From NCBI GenBank assembly GCA_001179505.1, contig CDMY01000406.1:1-64000 (forward strand): DNA of 64,000 bases. Direction: 5' to 3'. Positions 61,976 through 64,000 of this stretch are shown in pieces. The stretch's first letter is position 1. Every line of letters starts with the position of its first letter. The notes under the pieces were generated by a model. It was not told the DNA's origin. It did no database searches and worked only from the letters and a program-made list of their open reading frames with translations. Both the position numbers and the translations under genes were made by a program. The stretch comes from Vitrella brassicaformis CCMP3155 (lineage: Eukaryota > Protista > Chromerida).

Positions 61976-64000
61976 TTTGTTCTGCGAACTAACTAACAGG
62001 TTCACCCATTCCCACCCACCCTGTGTGTACGTACCTCTTCCAATAGGCGGCTGGGAGCAGTTTCCCATGAGTCAGCAGGATGGACGTCAGTGTCCTCAGG
62101 GCGCAGTTCCTCACCTCCGGCCGGCTGTCGTAGCTGAGGCAGTGCAGCCACAGCAGAATCTCCGACCACAGGGCCTCGGAGGACGTGTCGCTCGTGTCGT
62201 CCTCCCGCCGCTGCTGGCGCTGGCGCTGGCCGGCCGTCTGCTTCTGCCGTAGGGTGAGGGTGTCGGTGATGTTCCAGAGGAAGCCGACAGCTCGGAAGGA
62301 CGTGTTGATGCCCAGACACTTGGTGGAGGCGAAGGCGCCCACGGAGCTCACAAGACCCACCAGGCTGATCTGCATCGAGTGGAATGAAATGCAGCACAGA
62401 GTCATGTTGACTTGTGCGTGCGGCGCAGTGTGTGTTGTGTGGGTACGTTTGGTGGGATGTGTTCCGTGAAGTCCTGCAGGATCAGCTCGATCAGCTGGAA
62501 GAGCAGTCCGAGCGTCCGCCTCCCCAGCTTGCTGGGCGTCTTGCCCGCCACTCCCGGGCCGCCATCCATCTCTGCCGCCCCCTCCCCTCCCCCAGCCACG
62601 CCCTCGCCCTCGCCCTTGGTGGTGCCCTTCATCGACTCAATCTGCCGCTGGATGAACCTGTGTGCGAGCTCGAACGTGTCGCCGAACTCCTGTGCGGTTG
62701 CCTGGCCGATCCATTGGATGATCCAGCACCAGGTGGGGGAGCTGAGGATCTGACCCTTGGACTGCAGGAAGTTGAGCATGCCCTCCACCACCTTGAAGCG
62801 GACGTCCTCGAAGTTGGACTGCGTGAGGTCGCCGAAGGGCGCCAGCAGCAGGCACTGACAGTCGCTGAGCAGCGCCGCATCGAAGCCCTCACCCCGTTCC
62901 TCGGCGTCGGACAGACGAGCCGCCACCAGGACGCCCGGCATCCCACGGCCCTCGCGCGGCACAAACGGCTCCACCTCTGCATGAGCACACAGAGATGGAA
63001 CGATGTTTGCCTCCCTCCTGTGGCCATGTGTGTGATCGGCCTCACCTCTGCTGCTCTTGTGCTCCTTGTCTTGGTCTTCACCCGTCTCCTTCTTGGCGCC
63101 CATGAGTACCTTGACGGCATGCTGCACCAGCTGCCACAGCCCCAGCACCCCCTGCAGCCGCGGCGAGGACGGCAGGCTCCGCGTGTTCCACACACACATC
63201 AGGTAGTTGAGCAGCAAATCCCATACCGCAAACAGACGCGGCAGATTCCTCCGGTCCAGACACAGCCCCACAAACACCAGCCGGTTGAGCGCGAAGAGCC
63301 ACACCTGGCTCTCGCTGCCGTCTGCCAGGGCGTCTCGGTCGGTGTCTGGTGGACGGGATGATGGGGGGGCGGTCGATGAGGGGATGGATGAGCTTGGAGC
63401 GCTTGCCGTGGATGGGGTCCTCTTCGTGTCTTCCGTAGATGCGCGTGTGACGGGCGGCCGGTTGCGGGGAGCGACGCGCATCCGTCCAATGCCCCCGCTC
63501 TCGCCCTCCTGCTCATTGTCGTCGCCAAATGCGAAAGCGCCGCTCATGGACAGGGCCGGGGGGTTGTAGTCGGCCACTCGGGAGGCGTCCCTCTCGTCCG
63601 GCACATCCTCAACCATCTCCTCGCCAGCCGCGCTCTTCATCGACAGGTAGTCCTCAGACACGCCGATCACACGCGCCATCGACTGGGCGTCGATCTCGGC
63701 CTGCTGGGGGTCCATCTCGCTGGCGTCACGATCAGCAGAAGACGGGGCAGCAGGGGCGGATTTGTTGTTCTTGTCGCGTCCTAGGCCCTCGAAAAGCAGC
63801 TGTGGCGTGGCTGCCGTGGCGAGTGTGGGTGTGGGCTGGGAGGGGTCCTTGGGGTGGTTGGGGGATCGGGTGAAGGCGGCGGCTGGGGGCTGTGACGCAT
63901 TCTGCAGCACCTCCTTCTCGATGTAGTACAGCAGGTGCTCGCCAAGCGCGCTCACGAAGTCGACCCAGCTGTCCTCCCCCAGGTAGCAGCAGGAGTGAAA
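57466..64000 (-). CDS. MON2: MON2-like endosomal/Golgi trafficking protein, 3' part (5' end outside the window)
   Basis: INTSFRAVGFLWNITD, DSRPEVRNCALRTL, QWDETLVLTLQGV, ALPVLLDRCRTILGEFIRDDMTSGQCPLPKPRLDEVSFLL, ELQRVFSELG. Confidence 0.85.

Larger units (their letters stand above)
1..64000. repeat. Pervasive intronic microsatellites: (TG/CA)n, (CT/GA)n, (GTCT/CAGA)n, (GGAT)n, occasional (GAGCT)n
   Basis: For example 4074-4101, 25510-25563, 31326-31384, 36945-36983, 55556-55607 and 27584-27603; typically just upstream of acceptor AGs. Confidence 0.95.

Noticed and set aside
1-64000. Hundreds of 60-200 aa ORFs containing CVCVCV / HTHTHT / SLSLSL
   Set aside because: Translations of intronic microsatellites or antisense frames of real exons in GC-rich DNA; not counted as genes

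Overview
Eukaryotic, GC-rich, intron-dense genomic DNA with (TG)n/(CA)n/(GTCT)n-filled introns and expanded lineage-specific gene families. The style strongly resembles the chromerid alveolate Vitrella brassicaformis (inference, no database check). Most short ORFs in the supplied track are intron/microsatellite noise; gene models here were spliced by hand using GT-AG sites, so boundaries are approximate. The left 23.6 kb is a birth-and-death locus. It holds a gene for a non-catalytic protein with four CBM25-like (starch-binding-type) modules, which sits head-to-head about 100 bp from a gene for a secreted solute-binding-protein-family-3-like protein that appears circularly permuted. This divergent pair recurs four times in different states: intact, nonsense-mutated, fold-back-truncated, and exon-shuffled onto another family. 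The remaining 40 kb is mostly housekeeping: CCR4/nocturnin-like EEP nuclease, OMP decarboxylase, RPA43-like subunit, dihydroorotase, Patched/NPC1-like transporter, PARG and MON2. It also has several oddities: a ~113-aa stand-alone dynein microtubule-binding domain, a kinase-ankyrin-TM protein, an intronless NodS-like methyltransferase, and a gene with a bipartite leader and an in-frame TGA. There are two 300-N assembly gaps. No rRNA, tRNA, CRISPR array or autonomous transposon was recognised.
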